Shown: one piece after another, positions 20,120 through 30,526 of the stretch | How positions within the stretch are numbered: position 1 is the stretch's first letter | Layout: the number at the start of each line of letters is the position of its first letter | Source: an uncultured delta proteobacterium | GTDB lineage: Bacteria; Desulfobacterota; Desulfomonilia; UBA1062 | Length of the DNA: 64,000 nucleotides | Direction: 5' to 3' | Assembly (NCBI GenBank): GCA_963752595.1 | Contig: CAVVYZ010000009.1 | Span: 64,001-128,000, forward strand | Translations under genes and position numbers: made by a program | The notes under the pieces: model-generated | What the model was told of the DNA's origin: nothing | What the model saw: only the letters and a program-made list of their open reading frames with translations | Database searches by the model: none

Positions 20120-22272
20120 ATGAACAAGATTCGAACAGCTGAAATTGCAGTCATGGCGGGCATTCCCATGGTGCTCACCTATTCGGTACCCGACGGGATG
20201 TCCGTCGTAAACGGCTCACGGGTCGTCGTCCCCTTACGGCAGGCCGAGAAAGTCGGGGTGATTATATCATCAAAAGAAAGGCGGAAGAAATCCCCGGTCT
20301 CAAACCTATTATAAGCATTCTTGACGAAAAGCCTCTGATCCTTCAGGAGCTCCTGGATCTGCTCCTGTGGACATCCCGCTACTACCATTCACGCCCCGGC
20401 GCGACCATATCGCTTGCGTTTCCGCCATATCTCCGCCAGGCACGGGCAGGGATTTTTCCCGACGAATTCAGGATATTCAGGACAGGTACCGGCAAAGGTG
20501 TTGTGGGGAAGAAGCAGCACGAGATACTGGAATCCGTTCCCGAACAGGGTATTTCTACCGAAAGGTTCAGGGAGATGTTTCCCGGCAACACGTCATCGCT
20601 CAATGCACTCATCAAGAGGGGATTTCTGGAGCGGAAGCCGTTCATCCCCGCTCAGTCCGCACCAATCATAAGAAATGCCGCCGCCGTTCAATATACGGCC
20701 GAGCAGAAAGCTGCCATCAGAGAGATCACGGGCACCCTTGAGGAGAAGAAGTTCAAGACCTTCCTTCTCCACGGCATCACGGGCTCCGGAAAGACCGAGG
20801 TATATCTCGCCTGCGCCATGAAGACCCTCGAAATGGGCCGCTCCGTACTTTATCTGGTCCCCGAGATCGCACTTACTCCCCAGACCATATCCATGATCCA
20901 GAAGCGAATCCCCTGCGACATGGCAGTATTCCATTCCGGGCTCCCGTCTGCTGCCAGGGCACGGGAATTCTTAAAAGCCTCCCGCTCGCAGGCAAGCTTT
21001 GTCCTCGGCACGAGGTCGGCGATATTTTCGCCCTTGAAAAACCTCGGCCTGATCATCGTCGATGAAGAGCACGACCACAGCTATAAACAGGAGGAGGGAA
21101 TCCCGTATAATGCAAGGGATTTGAGCATCCTCAGGGCAAAGAATAACCAGGCTGTGGTTATTCTGGGCTCTGCAACCCCGAGCATGGATGCATATATCAA
21201 ATCAGCACACGGAGGCGTGAATCTTATCACGATGTCTTCACGGATCGGCAACGCGAGCCTCCCGGATATCGATGTCGTTGACATGAGAGGAGTCGACAGC
21301 CCAGTGTCCGACCAGCTCTTTGACGCCATACGCGCTACACTAGCCAGGAATGAGCAGGCGCTTCTTTTCATCAACAGGCGAGGGTTCTCTTCGGCACTGG
21401 TCTGCCCCGGGTGCGGGACAACGTTGAAGTGCATCCGGTGCGACAGGAGCCTTACCTATCACCGGGCCAAAGGTATCGGCCTGTGCCATTACTGCGGATA
21501 CTCCCTGGCACTGCCCGAGATCTGTCCGAAATGCGGCTGTCTCGATATGAGGCGGATGGGCATGGGCACGGAGAAGATCATGCATACGGTAAGCGAGCTC
21601 TTCCCAGAAGCCAGGATCTTGAGGATGGATTCCGACGAGATCACCACCACGAAAAAATTGACCAATGCCCTTGACGCCATCAGAAGCAGAGATGTGGATA
21701 TCATCGTCGGAACCCAGATGATCTCGAAAGGCCATGACTTTCCCCACCTCACCCTTGTGGGGGTCATGCACGCGGAACAGCTTCTCTACATGCCCGATTT
21801 CAGAGCTGGAGAGCGCACGTTCCAGCACGTGGTGCAGGTGGCCGGCCGGGCAGGCCGACGCGCAGCCGATACCAAGGTCATCATCCAGACCCTTATCCCC
21901 GATCACCCGCTGATACAGTCGATTTCCGAGTATGACTACAAGGGCATGATCACTTCCGAACAGGAGGTCAGGAAGGCCTCCGGGTTCCCGCCTTTCAGCC
22001 ACATGGCGCGGTGCATCTTCTCTTCGACGAGCAACGAGCTTGCCATGAAGACGATCAACGAGGTGGCGGCCAGACTGAACCCCCGGGAAATCACGCTCAT
22101 GGGCCCGGCCCCTGCGCCCATTTCGCTGCTGCGGAATACTTACCGGTGGCATGTGATCCTCACATCCAAAGACCGGGGCAAGCTCCACGCAGCGCTTGAC
22201 CGCCTCGAGCGCATGCAAACCCCGTCCGGTGTTCGGGTGAAGATCGATGTAGATCCGTATACGATGCTCTAA
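20120..22272 (+). CDS. priA: Primosomal protein N' (frameshift near 20280-20310)
   Basis: LTYSVP...GSRVVVP; LHGITGSGKTEVY; VPEIALTPQ; IIVDEEHD; Cys-rich Zn motifs; QVAGRAGR; DVDP at the C-terminus. Confidence 0.95.
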
Positions 22273-22351
22273 TACTCCTTATTGATGCAGGAGTATGAGC
22301 CTCTGGACGAGCCGCGCCCGTTCTTTGAGCTTCAGGCTCATGAAGTAAACA

Positions 22352-22444
22352 TGGCGGAGAGAGAGGGATTCGAACCCTCGGTAGAGCTTATGACCCTACA
22401 TTCGCTTAGCAGGCGAACGCCTTCGTCCACTCGGCCATCTCTCC
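22352..22444 (-). tRNA. tRNA-Ser(GCT)
   Basis: GGAGAGATGGCCGAGTGG...TTCGC-CTGCTAA-GCGAA...long variable arm...GGTTCGAATCC...CCGCCA. Confidence 0.96.
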
Positions 22445-22450
22445 AGCCCT

Positions 22451-22538
22451 TGGCGGAGGGAGCAGGATTCGAACCCGCGGTACCTTACGGTACAACGGTT
22501 TTCAAGACCGCCGCCTTCAACCACTCGGCCATCCCTCC
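22451..22538 (-). tRNA. tRNA-Ser(TGA)
   Basis: GGAGGGATGGCCGAGTGG...GCGGT-CTTGAAA-ACCGT...long variable arm...GGTTCGAATCC...CCGCCA. Confidence 0.96.
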
Positions 22539-22553
22539 GGTGCGACTATCTCA

Positions 22554-23828
22554 TTAACTGATTGGTGTAATGAGGTCAAGCCTCATGTAAGGCTTCAAAA
22601 CCTCCGGCACCATAACGGTCCCGTCCTCTTTCTGATAGTTCTCGAGGATTGCAGCCAGGGTCCTGCCCACGGCGAGGCCGCTACCGTTTAAGGTATGGCA
22701 GAGCTCTGTCTTCTTTGCCTGTTTCGATTTGTAGCGGATCTGGCCCCTGCGTGCCTGGAAGTCTTCGAAATTGCTGCAGGAAGAGATCTCCCGGTAGACC
22801 CCCTGGGCGGGCATCCAGACCTCCAGGTCATAGGTCTTAGAGGAAGAGAATCCGAGATCGCCCGTGCACAGGCACACGACCCGGTAATGGAGCCCAAGCT
22901 TCTTGAGAATGTCCTCGGCTTCGTTCGTGAGCTCTTCCAGGTCCGTGTACGACCTGTCGGGATGCGCAAACCTCACGAGTTCCACCTTGTTGAACTGGTG
23001 AAGCCTGATGAGACCCCTTGTGTCCTTGCCGTAGGAGCCGGCCTCCCTCCTGAAGCAGGGGGTATAGGATACGAGCTTTACGGGCAGATCTTCTTCATTG
23101 AGGGTTTCGGACCGGTAGAGATTGGTTACCGGTACCTCGGCAGTGGGCACCAGGAAATAGTCGTTGTTGGTCGCGAAGAGTTCCTCTTCGAACTTCGGGA
23201 GCTGTCCCGTTGCGGTCATACTCTCCCGGTTCACCATGAAAGGAGTCAGAACCTCTTTGCAGCCGTGCTCTCTGGTGTGGACATCGAGCATCAGATTAAT
23301 GATAGCCCTTTCCATAAGAGCCCCCGTGCCCCAGTTGATAGCAAAGCGTGCCCCGGTGATCTTTGCTGCGCGTTTGAAATCGAGAATACCGAGCCCTTCT
23401 CCGATATCCCAGTGATCCTTGGGGGTAAAGGAAAACTCCGGCTTCACGCCCCACGATCGAACTATCGCATTATCACTCGAATCCCTGCCCACCGGGACGC
23501 TTTCATGGGGAATGTTGGGAATCTCCATGATGAACCGGTTCATGGCCTCTTCCACTCCCCTGATCTCGCCGTCAATGGATTTGATCCTTTCGGACATCGA
23601 GCGCATCTCGTTCTTTTCCGCTTCGAGACCCGTGCCGGAAGATTTCTCCTTGGCGATGCGGGAAGAGAACTGGTTCCGTTTTGCCTTGAGGTCGTCGGCC
23701 TCCTGGATGAGAGCCCTCCTTTTTGTGTCCTGATCGAGGAGAAAATCAAGCCCCAGACTCGAACCGCGATTCTCAAGCGCCCTTTTTACCAAGTTGATGT
23801 TTTGCCTGATGGTTTTTATGTCTAGCAT
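22554..23828 (-). CDS. serS: Seryl-tRNA synthetase
   Basis: MLDIK; [12 protein letters not shown]; TGQLPKF; PTAEVP; [21 protein letters not shown]; EISSCSN; [11 protein letters not shown]. Confidence 0.98.
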   Translation of the reverse strand: MLDIKTIRQNINLVKRALENRGSSLGLDFLLDQDTKRRALIQEADDLKAKRNQFSSRIAKEKSSGTGLEAEKNEMRSMSERIKSIDGEIRGVEEAMNRFIMEIPNIPHESVPVGRDSSDNAIVRSWGVKPEFSFTPKDHWDIGEGLGILDFKRAAKITGARFAINWGTGALMERAIINLMLDVHTREHGCKEVLTPFMVNRESMTATGQLPKFEEELFATNNDYFLVPTAEVPVTNLYRSETLNEEDLPVKLVSYTPCFRREAGSYGKDTRGLIRLHQFNKVELVRFAHPDRSYTDLEELTNEAEDILKKLGLHYRVVCLCTGDLGFSSSKTYDLEVWMPAQGVYREISSCSNFEDFQARRGQIRYKSKQAKKTELCHTLNGSGLAVGRTLAAILENYQKEDGTVMVPEVLKPYMRLDLITPIS

Positions 23829-24075
23829 AAAAAAGATACTATCATCTTAACTGCTGTCCGGTCAAGCTGTCACTCTGCGTGAAATTGCAGTGGCGTACGA
23901 TTTCCGGAATAAGCAAAAGACCTATCAGGTGATGAAAATCTCTCATACCCGAGCATCCAATGGTCACGCCGGCCCCACCAACGCTTATTCAAGTGCCCTA
24001 TTTCTCCATTACAAAACACTGTGCTTTGTGTTAATAGGCTTCGGTAATGCTCGCTTCCTTTTCCCGGATGAGATA

Positions 24076-27000
24076 ATGAAGGCCTCGAAAAAAATAGCCA
24101 TAGCAATTGTGCTGAGCGTGCTTATCGTTCTCGGCAGCCTTTCCGTGTACCTTGCGGTCAGAAACATACTCCCCACGATGCTCTCTGCAAATCTGGAAGA
24201 GATCCTTGCGGAAGCCTTGCGCCAACCTGTATCGATCGGCAAAAGCGCTGTGCGGATCTTCCCAGGCGCTGCGATCAACCTTTCGAATATCTCAATCGGC
24301 CGGCCTTCAAAACCGCTCATCACGGCAGAAAAGATCACGGTCCGGCTGTCTCTCTGGGAGGCCCTGTTCGGCCGCATTCATCTTTCACAGGTTGAATTTG
24401 AGAAGCCCATCATCTCAATGGATTATGAAGCGTTCAAAAAGCTTGATCTGAAAGCGGGAGAAGGCGGTTCGCCGTCTATCAAGATACATGACGGGAAACT
24501 GAAGCTCTCCGGCCGGGACTCACGGACCGTCATCGACAATATAAACGGAACCATAGAACCGGACAATGTGGATCTCGATGCCCTGGTTCTCGGGGGCAAG
24601 GCCAGACTGAAGGCCCATGACACCAGTGGTTGGGAGGGCAAGCTCACGTCCGATGCCATGGATCTCTCCCATATCTCAAAAGATATGAGTGGAACCCTTG
24701 GAGTAAATGCGGATTTCAACTTCTCGGACAAGAAGGCCTCATCGAAAGTGAAAGCAACCGGAGAACGGCTGCGCTTCCCCTGGTCTGAAAAAGAAATCCC
24801 TACATTCAGCATCGATCTTGAGGCCCTGGGCGATGAGAATACCCTGACACTCGGCAAGATCGCGATAACAACTCCTCTGGTCCAGGTGAACGGCTCCGGA
24901 CGGATCAAGGACCTTTCCAAGGGCACCGGGGCAACAGTGAATCTTGATATGAATTCAGGCACATTCGTATATGAGCAGATAGTAGACATGCTTCCTGCAC
25001 ATGATTTCGAACCGTGGCTTTCCGACCTTCTCCTTTCCCAGATTCGAGGAGGATTATCCAGCTTCTCCGTCGCACGCTATGAAGGTTCCGCCAATGACCT
25101 CATCACCTTCAATAATTTCATCGACCACATCTACGTCGTGGAAGAGATCATGGGTCAGAGCTTCGGGGCCGGTTTCGGGCCGGAGAGGGTAACCGGTATC
25201 ACAGGCCAGGTGATATACGACCACGGGGACATCTTCATCAGGAACCTGCACGGCAGGATGCATAATTCCACAATCGAGAAAGTCAATCTTTCCTTTCCCG
25301 GGATCATCCGTCCGTATTGGAGGATCGGAGCAGATGTCAAAGTTGACATGGCTGCCCACGACTTCCTCGATACCTGGAATGCCGCAGGTGCCCCCCAGTA
25401 TGTGTTTGACCTGTTCTCCGGCATCTCCGATGTGAAAGGGGGAAGGATTGCAGGAGATACGCGTTTCTGGTGGGACGAGGCCTCGGGCAAACCTCTGCAG
25501 GCTCAAGGAGGGGTAGGCATGAAGGACTGCACCTACACGTGGGGATCGCAGAGCATCGAGAAGTTAAGCGGGTCGGCCGTTGCAGAAAAATTCGGCTCGC
25601 CACTGAGAATATCCTCACAGCTGACGGTCGGCGACCGACATATACGATCCTTGGATCTCCTACTCACCGATCCGTTCGGAGACAATATGCGCTCTTCCTT
25701 TGAAGCATCAATGGATGGGCTGGTATCAACCGAGAGCTTCCGCCTGGGAAAAGGGACGACAGTTCTGGTCAAGGGAACAGGATCGGGTCCGGATATCTCT
25801 GCATCGGCAGAAATGAGCTCGGATAATTTCACCCTGTTCGATACCGCGTATAAAGTCAAAGGCAAGCCTGTCCGGGCAAGGACGAATATGAAAGGCAAGC
25901 TCTGGCCAAGATTGTCCCTGGCCCTTCAGGGAGAAGCCTATCCACCTTCTACAGGGAAGCTTTCCATCTCGGGAAATATCGACGGGCGGGCGGGAAAAAT
26001 CCGGATAAAAGGGCCCATTGACCTGGGCCGGTTCGAGACCATGCAGACGACAGGAGGAGGCAAAGAGCTTTCAGGGAATCTGCGGGGCGACATGAGCATA
26101 AGCTGGGGCAAAGACGTTTACGTCAGCGGCCTCCTTAAGTGCAAGCAAGCTGCCCTTCCCATAAAAGGCGCTTTCCTTGTCCTGGACGGCCCCATCAATA
26201 TTGCCGGCACAACGCTTTCGGGCAAGAACCTCAAGGTGACTCACGAGGATCTGAAGATGAATCTCTCGGACTGGTCTCTTGCCGTAACGGATAAACCGGC
26301 ATTCAAGGGGGATGTCACTATGAGCGGCCTGACGCTTCCACTCCCGGGCAAGGCAAGCAGCACCCCCCGGGATATAAAATCTTATACGGCCCAGGGACAC
26401 CTCAAAATTTCGGATCTTGATTTCTACGGCATCCCGGTGGAAGAAGCAAATGCCGAAGTGTTTTTGAAGGACGGGGTGCTCAATCTCACGGAGATGCGCA
26501 TGCGGGGGGCATCCGTTTCCGCCCAGGGTGCGGCGTCAGCCGATGCATCAGGGCTCCGCTCTTTCGACACCACGTTTACGATCAAGAATGTCAGCATACT
26601 CAGGTTCACCAATACGTTTTCAGCCGAACAGGACTGGATCCGGGGGGATATGAACCTTGACGGACATCTCTCGGGAAGGCCGGATTCCGTCAACGGCACC
26701 ATCAACCTTGTCGCGAAAGAGGGAAGGCTGAAGAAATATGCTTTGTTTTCAAGAATATTTGCCCTGCTCAATTTTTACAAGATCGTCCAGAGCCGCGATC
26801 TGGAACTTACCAGCAAGAACTTCCCCTATAATGTAATCACCTCTACCTTTACCATCAGGGACAGCCTTATGCATTTCGATGATTTCCACCTCGACAGCAA
26901 CTCGCTTCAGTTCTCCGCCGTAGGAAACTATTCCCTCAAGAGCAGGGAGATCGATGCGGTCCTCGGTGTCCAGCCCTTCGAAACCATCGACAAGGCAATC

Positions 27001-27219
27001 CATGCGATTCCATTGGTCGGATGGGTCCTTACCGGGGATAGAGGCAGGCTCCTTGTAGTCAGTATGAAGATTACAGGGAATATTGATGACCCGTCAGTAA
27101 AGTTCGCGCCGATAACGACTGTATCAGACCCGGTAATGAAATCCCTTATAAGAGCTCTGAGGTTACCGTCCGAGCTCCTGGAAAAATCACGCAGGCTTCT
27201 GCCGAGTAAAAAGAAATGA
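24076..27219 (+). CDS. AsmA-like / YhdP-type lipid-transport protein
   Basis: N-terminal TM anchor, long beta-rich body, AsmA-2-like C-terminus (QPFETIDKAIHAIPLVGWVLTG...ITGNIDDPSV). Confidence 0.8.
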   Translation: MKASKKIAIAIVLSVLIVLGSLSVYLAVRNILPTMLSANLEEILAEALRQPVSIGKSAVRIFPGAAINLSNISIGRPSKPLITAEKITVRLSLWEALFGRIHLSQVEFEKPIISMDYEAFKKLDLKAGEGGSPSIKIHDGKLKLSGRDSRTVIDNINGTIEPDNVDLDALVLGGKARLKAHDTSGWEGKLTSDAMDLSHISKDMSGTLGVNADFNFSDKKASSKVKATGERLRFPWSEKEIPTFSIDLEALGDENTLTLGKIAITTPLVQVNGSGRIKDLSKGTGATVNLDMNSGTFVYEQIVDMLPAHDFEPWLSDLLLSQIRGGLSSFSVARYEGSANDLITFNNFIDHIYVVEEIMGQSFGAGFGPERVTGITGQVIYDHGDIFIRNLHGRMHNSTIEKVNLSFPGIIRPYWRIGADVKVDMAAHDFLDTWNAAGAPQYVFDLFSGISDVKGGRIAGDTRFWWDEASGKPLQAQGGVGMKDCTYTWGSQSIEKLSGSAVAEKFGSPLRISSQLTVGDRHIRSLDLLLTDPFGDNMRSSFEASMDGLVSTESFRLGKGTTVLVKGTGSGPDISASAEMSSDNFTLFDTAYKVKGKPVRARTNMKGKLWPRLSLALQGEAYPPSTGKLSISGNIDGRAGKIRIKGPIDLGRFETMQTTGGGKELSGNLRGDMSISWGKDVYVSGLLKCKQAALPIKGAFLVLDGPINIAGTTLSGKNLKVTHEDLKMNLSDWSLAVTDKPAFKGDVTMSGLTLPLPGKASSTPRDIKSYTAQGHLKISDLDFYGIPVEEANAEVFLKDGVLNLTEMRMRGASVSAQGAASADASGLRSFDTTFTIKNVSILRFTNTFSAEQDWIRGDMNLDGHLSGRPDSVNGTINLVAKEGRLKKYALFSRIFALLNFYKIVQSRDLELTSKNFPYNVITSTFTIRDSLMHFDDFHLDSNSLQFSAVGNYSLKSREIDAVLGVQPFETIDKAIHAIPLVGWVLTGDRGRLLVVSMKITGNIDDPSVKFAPITTVSDPVMKSLIRALRLPSELLEKSRRLLPSKKK

Positions 27220-28857
27220 TTATGCCTTAGAAGGAATACGGAGAAAGAACGCTTCCATCTTTTCAATCAAAGGGGACAAGGTGGAGCGGTCAAGAGCGGA
27301 AATTGCCACGCCCCCGTAGCGGTGCGCAACGGCCTCTGCAAAATCGGGATCGCACTTGTCCGCCTTGTTGAACACATTCAGCCTCGGCTTGCTTTCGACG
27401 TTCAGGGCTTTCAGGATATCATCTACCGCCTTCATCCTGTACTCCATATCGGGATCGGCGAGGTCGATCACCTCCAGGAGGAGGTTTGCATCCTCAAGTT
27501 CTTCGAGGGTCGCCATGAAGGCAGCCCGTAAATCATCGGGCAGGTCCCTGATGAATCCGACTGTATCCGTTATGATCACCTCGATGTCCTTAGGAAACCT
27601 GAGGCGCTTGCTTGAAGGGTCGAGGGTGGCAAAAGGCATATCTGCAGTCAGCACCTTGCTTTTCGTCAGAGTATTCAGCAACGTCGACTTGCCGGTATTG
27701 GTGTACCCGATAATGGAGATCACCGGCACCTCTGACCTGCTTCTCCGCAACCGGGTAAGCTTCCGTTTCCTGCCGATCGCGTCCGCCTCCTTCTCGAGCC
27801 GGGTCATCCGGGTCTTTGCCTTTCTCCTGTCGATCTCCAGCTTGCTCTCTCCCGGTCCCCTGGTACCGATACCTCCTGCGAGACGGCTGAGCGATGGATT
27901 CCGGCCTACGAGCCGCGGCATATAATAGCGAAGCTGTGCCAGCTCTACCTGGATCTTCCCTTCCCTGGTCCTTGCCCGCTGTGCAAAGATATCCAGGATG
28001 AGCTGAGTCCGGTCGATGACCCGCATATCGACGACATCCGAAATGGAACGGGCCTGAGAAGGTGAGAGTTCATGATCGAAGATGAGCAGGTTCGCATCAA
28101 CGGCCAGTGCCTTGACATAGATATCCATTACCTTGCCCTTGCCCACAACGTACTTGGGATCGGGCTTCGGGCGCCTTTGGATCACTGTGTCCAGGACGGT
28201 GATTCCGGCTGCACTTGCCAGAGACCGGAATTCTGATATGGCGATCTTCGCATCCTCCGATAAAGACGGCACGACCGCCACGAGAATGGCGCGGTCTGCA
28301 TTCGCACCGGCGCTTAGGGCTGTCTGGCTCCCGGTTATGTCTCCTTCGAGATCTGCTATGAATTTATCAAAAGGAATATCGATGCGATAGGTCGGGGTCG
28401 GCTTTAAAGTTGTCCAGACGGCTCTGTCACCATTTGCAGGCACGAGATGAGCGCCGTAGGCAAGCCCCGGATCTCCATTTTCTTTGACCCCAATGGCATA
28501 GATCATGTCGAGCCGCAGCTTGGCAAGATCGGTAAAGTCTTCGAATGTCAGCCCTTCTCCCGAGAGGTGCGTATGGATCAGCCTCAGTCCCTGCAGACGC
28601 CCGGGATGCGTCCGCCTCCTCTGGAGTTCCGGGATCGAGATGCCCCCGGCTGTCCCTGCGATAACGTATTCTACGGATCCCCGGCGGCTTATGAGCAGCC
28701 CTACCTGGATACCGATCTCGCGGGATAGTCTGGCTAATTCCAGGCTTAAGTCTTGCGAAATGACGGCATCAGTCGGGACCTTTCTCCGGTACAGACGTTC
28801 CAGGGATTTGAGCTCCGATGATTTAAGGGACTTTGCATTGCCGTAGATACTTTGTAT
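27220..28857 (-). CDS. hflX: GTPase HflX, long form, probable ATA start
   Basis: G-domain GYTNTGKST, FATLDP, DTVGFI, NKAD. The frame continues without stops 117 codons upstream of ATG 28506 (IYGN...LERLYRR...RLIHTH) to ATA at 28857, 5 nt after AGGAGG. Confidence 0.92.
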   Translation of the reverse strand: MQSIYGNAKSLKSSELKSLERLYRRKVPTDAVISQDLSLELARLSREIGIQVGLLISRRGSVEYVIAGTAGGISIPELQRRRTHPGRLQGLRLIHTHLSGEGLTFEDFTDLAKLRLDMIYAIGVKENGDPGLAYGAHLVPANGDRAVWTTLKPTPTYRIDIPFDKFIADLEGDITGSQTALSAGANADRAILVAVVPSLSEDAKIAISEFRSLASAAGITVLDTVIQRRPKPDPKYVVGKGKVMDIYVKALAVDANLLIFDHELSPSQARSISDVVDMRVIDRTQLILDIFAQRARTREGKIQVELAQLRYYMPRLVGRNPSLSRLAGGIGTRGPGESKLEIDRRKAKTRMTRLEKEADAIGRKRKLTRLRRSRSEVPVISIIGYTNTGKSTLLNTLTKSKVLTADMPFATLDPSSKRLRFPKDIEVIITDTVGFIRDLPDDLRAAFMATLEELEDANLLLEVIDLADPDMEYRMKAVDDILKALNVESKPRLNVFNKADKCDPDFAEAVAHRYGGVAISALDRSTLSPLIEKMEAFFLRIPSKA

Positions 28858-28876
28858 GAGACCCTCCTTGGGCGCC

Positions 28877-29377
28877 TCATGCCTTTTCGATAAGGGAAGA
28901 GTGCATGACCACCTTGGCCCTGTTGTTCACCATCTCGATGAGGATTCGAACCCTGCCTTCATCGGAGCCCCAGGCCTCGAAAACACCGTAGAGATCCTTC
29001 ATGGGACCGGACTTGACCCTCACTACGTCTCCGGGTTCGAAGGTTACCGGCTTCTTGATGGTGCCTGACGTTTTGTCTTCCAGGGTGCACAGGCCTGCTA
29101 TGAAGTCATCGTCAATGGGTATGGGCTGGTAATTATCCAGGAGTATCCTTCTTACACCTCTGCACCATCGGATCTTGTGCAGCTCCTCCTCAACAGCTGA
29201 GATGTTGGCGAACAGGTAATTGGGGAACAGCGGATATTTTTTCAGGATCTTCTTCCTGGCATGGAAAATGTACTTTTCCATAAAGGGCTGATAAATCAAT
29301 ATCCCCTGCTGCCGGAGGACGAGGCAGGCTACATCTTCCTCTTTCGGGTTTGTCTGGATTACATACCACTGCTTCAT
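28877..29377 (-). CDS. NusG-family antiterminator paralog (RfaH-like)
   Basis: WYVIQTNPKEE; PLFPNYLF; KOW motif FEPGDVVRVKSGPMKDLYGVF. Confidence 0.88.
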   Translation of the reverse strand: MKQWYVIQTNPKEEDVACLVLRQQGILIYQPFMEKYIFHARKKILKKYPLFPNYLFANISAVEEELHKIRWCRGVRRILLDNYQPIPIDDDFIAGLCTLEDKTSGTIKKPVTFEPGDVVRVKSGPMKDLYGVFEAWGSDEGRVRILIEMVNNRAKVVMHSSLIEKA

Positions 29378-29452
29378 ACAAGACGCTCCATGATTAGTGT
29401 ATAGTCGAAAGAACTTACTGAGTCAATCCGTGCAAAGGCTACTTTCGTTTAC

Positions 29453-30526
29453 TCATTGGCTTCTTCCCGATGTATCCATCAAGGCGGATATTCTCACGAC
29501 CTCCACCCCGAGGCTCTTGAGCCTGGGGATTTCCTTCTTGAGAACAGCAATGGTCTCAGGGTGGGGATGGCATATGGCTACTACATTCGAGTGCTTTAAC
29601 GCTAACTTGGCTAACTGATCGATCTGAGAGCTGATATAGGCAGGACGCAGCTCGTTATCAAGGAAGACATCCCTGGCTATAATCGGGACGCCGAGATCAT
29701 GCGCAACAGTGCCGCAAACGGACTTGTTTGTCGTCAGGCTGTCCACGAAAAAGAGCTTCCGCTCCTTCACTTCACTCAGGATGAGGCGCATGATGGCTTC
29801 ATCCGTGGTTATGAGCGAGCCCATATGGTTGTTCACCCCTGATATGGAGGGGATGGTTTCCAGGTCCCGCTTCACGATCGCTCGGATCCGGGACGGCGGC
29901 ATATCCTGATAGATAGCCCCGGGGCCGGGATCCTTTCCATTGCCCTGCATGGGCAGATGGAGCAGGATCTCCCTGCCTTTGGCGTGAAGGTACCGGGCAA
30001 CGGATTGTGAATCGGGATTGTCGGGAAGAATGGCAAAGGTGATATCCGCTTTTATGCTGCCAAGCTCTTCGGCAGGCTTCATGTCCAGACCCATGTCATC
30101 GACGATGATCGCACACCTGGCCACTTTACCCGGTACCACTGCCTTAAAAAAGATATCCCAGATCTCCTTATTGATCACCACCCGGAGATGACTTGCATTC
30201 TCGATATGAACCTCGCCCACTTTTCTCATGGGCTTGAAAGCCTTGAAAATCTGATCTTTCGTCAGTGACCTCCGCAGGGAAATATTGACCGTCTTCCCCG
30301 CGAAATGCACATATTCTTTGGAGATCCCGAGATCAAAGAGGCACCCTCTGATCAGGAGCTCGGGAAATGCATACAGAACGACCTGAGGATGCACATCGGG
30401 CTTTGTCGGGGGTGTTTCCGGCCGCTCCTTTTCCTTCTCCTGGATTACGACTGCTATCCCCACCAGAACAGCCAGAACGATAATTATGACCAGTACGATG
30501 TTCTGCCTTGGATCTGTTTTTCTCAT
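29453..30526 (-). CDS. Divergent polysaccharide deacetylase (YibQ family)
   Basis: AIIVDDMG; EILLHLPMQ; GVNNHMGS; FVDSLT; RDVFLDN; AICHP. Confidence 0.9.
   Translation of the reverse strand: MRKTDPRQNIVLVIIIVLAVLVGIAVVIQEKEKERPETPPTKPDVHPQVVLYAFPELLIRGCLFDLGISKEYVHFAGKTVNISLRRSLTKDQIFKAFKPMRKVGEVHIENASHLRVVINKEIWDIFFKAVVPGKVARCAIIVDDMGLDMKPAEELGSIKADITFAILPDNPDSQSVARYLHAKGREILLHLPMQGNGKDPGPGAIYQDMPPSRIRAIVKRDLETIPSISGVNNHMGSLITTDEAIMRLILSEVKERKLFFVDSLTTNKSVCGTVAHDLGVPIIARDVFLDNELRPAYISSQIDQLAKLALKHSNVVAICHPHPETIAVLKKEIPRLKSLGVEVVRISALMDTSGRSQ

Noticed and set aside
22273-22351. tRNA 3' end as an integration site
   Set aside because: No integrase and no duplicated tRNA 3' fragment seen; only short hairpins are present.
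22282-22557. 91-aa + strand ORF (MAEREGFEPS...)
   Set aside because: It is the antisense reading of the two tRNA-Ser genes.
22695-23825. 376-aa + strand ORF
   Set aside because: Antisense shadow of serS.
23890-24075. N-terminal extension of the AsmA-like ORF
   Set aside because: The likely start is ATG 24076 just before the TM anchor; the upstream part looks non-coding.
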